Positions 5,128 through 5,318 of a stretch of 5,318 nt of DNA are shown here, piece by piece (position 1 is the stretch's first letter; the number at the start of each line of letters is the position of its first letter). The notes under the pieces were generated by a model. That model was not told where the DNA came from. It was given only the letters and a program-made list of their open reading frames with translations, and ran no database searches. The DNA lies in the NCBI RefSeq assembly GCF_044324875.1, contig NZ_CP172190.1; one strand, written 5' to 3'. The DNA comes from Escherichia coli. GTDB taxonomy: Bacteria; Pseudomonadota; Gammaproteobacteria; Enterobacterales; Enterobacteriaceae. A program made the position numbers and the translations under genes.

Positions 5128-5263
5128 AAACTCAACATGTGCAAGCTCTGCTACATCGACATCAAACGAGCCAGGAAGGCGAGCAACCGCGTTACAGAGC
5201 CGTCCGTGATGACGAAAAACTAACAATATCAACGATCTGGTCTGTTTATCGGAAGGGCATCTC

Positions 5264-5318
5264 ATGCAGTTGAACTTTCAGAACGGATGGTTTTCTGCAT
5301 CTTTTTTAACAGGGGGAT
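5264..5318 (+). CDS. Possible 5' end of a downstream gene running off the window (MQLNFQNGWFSASFLTGG...)
   Basis: ATG at 5264 is preceded by GGAAGGG (5251-5257) with 6-nt spacing. Only 18 codons are visible. The same sequence could alternatively fold as a weak hairpin followed by a T tract (5295-5307), so the call is tentative. Confidence 0.25.
   Translation, partial: MQLNFQNGWFSASFLTGG

Noticed and set aside
2392-5263. tRNA, tmRNA, RNase P, 6S or SRP RNA genes in the ORF-free region
   Set aside because: No T-arm (GGTTCGAnTCC-like) or other signatures of these conserved RNAs were seen by eye. This cannot be fully excluded without a covariance-model search.
4117-5265. ORFs of 62-92 aa on the minus strand (4117-4365, 4328-4516, 4615-4842, 4679-4930, 4987-5265) as real genes or one frameshifted gene
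   Set aside because: Their compositions are implausible (Arg/His/Ser/Thr-rich, low hydrophobic content), they mutually overlap, and they have no ribosome-binding sites. I could not recognise any protein family even when joining frames, so a pseudogene remains possible but is unsupported.

Overview
This window reads as an iteron-type theta replicon (plasmid or integrated plasmid-like element, Enterobacteriaceae-like) followed by an unusually long stretch with no convincing protein-coding genes. From left to right: the 3' end of an unidentified gene (1-147, +); an AT-rich LysE/RhtB-family exporter gene on the minus strand (174-746); a GC-rich hairpin region resembling the ColE1/pMB1 primosome-assembly sequence (about 1155-1232); a complete origin with DnaA-box-like 9-mers, GATC-containing 13-mer AT-rich repeats, four ~22-bp direct iterons and an inverted iteron over a sigma70-like promoter (about 1300-1660); and a 233-aa Rep_3-family initiator gene (1690-2391, +). 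The remaining ~2.9 kb (2392-5263) has only short, compositionally implausible ORFs but is dense in structured signals: paired palindromes, two inverted-repeat pairs sharing the motif CGCGTTTCTG, a 313-bp element bounded by perfect 37-bp inverted repeats, convergent intrinsic terminators, and two tandem hairpins with compensatory stem changes. I read this as a block of small RNA and/or cis-acting DNA elements (possibly including a MITE or invertible segment) rather than a protein-encoding system. All family assignments come from reading motifs by eye; no database search was possible.
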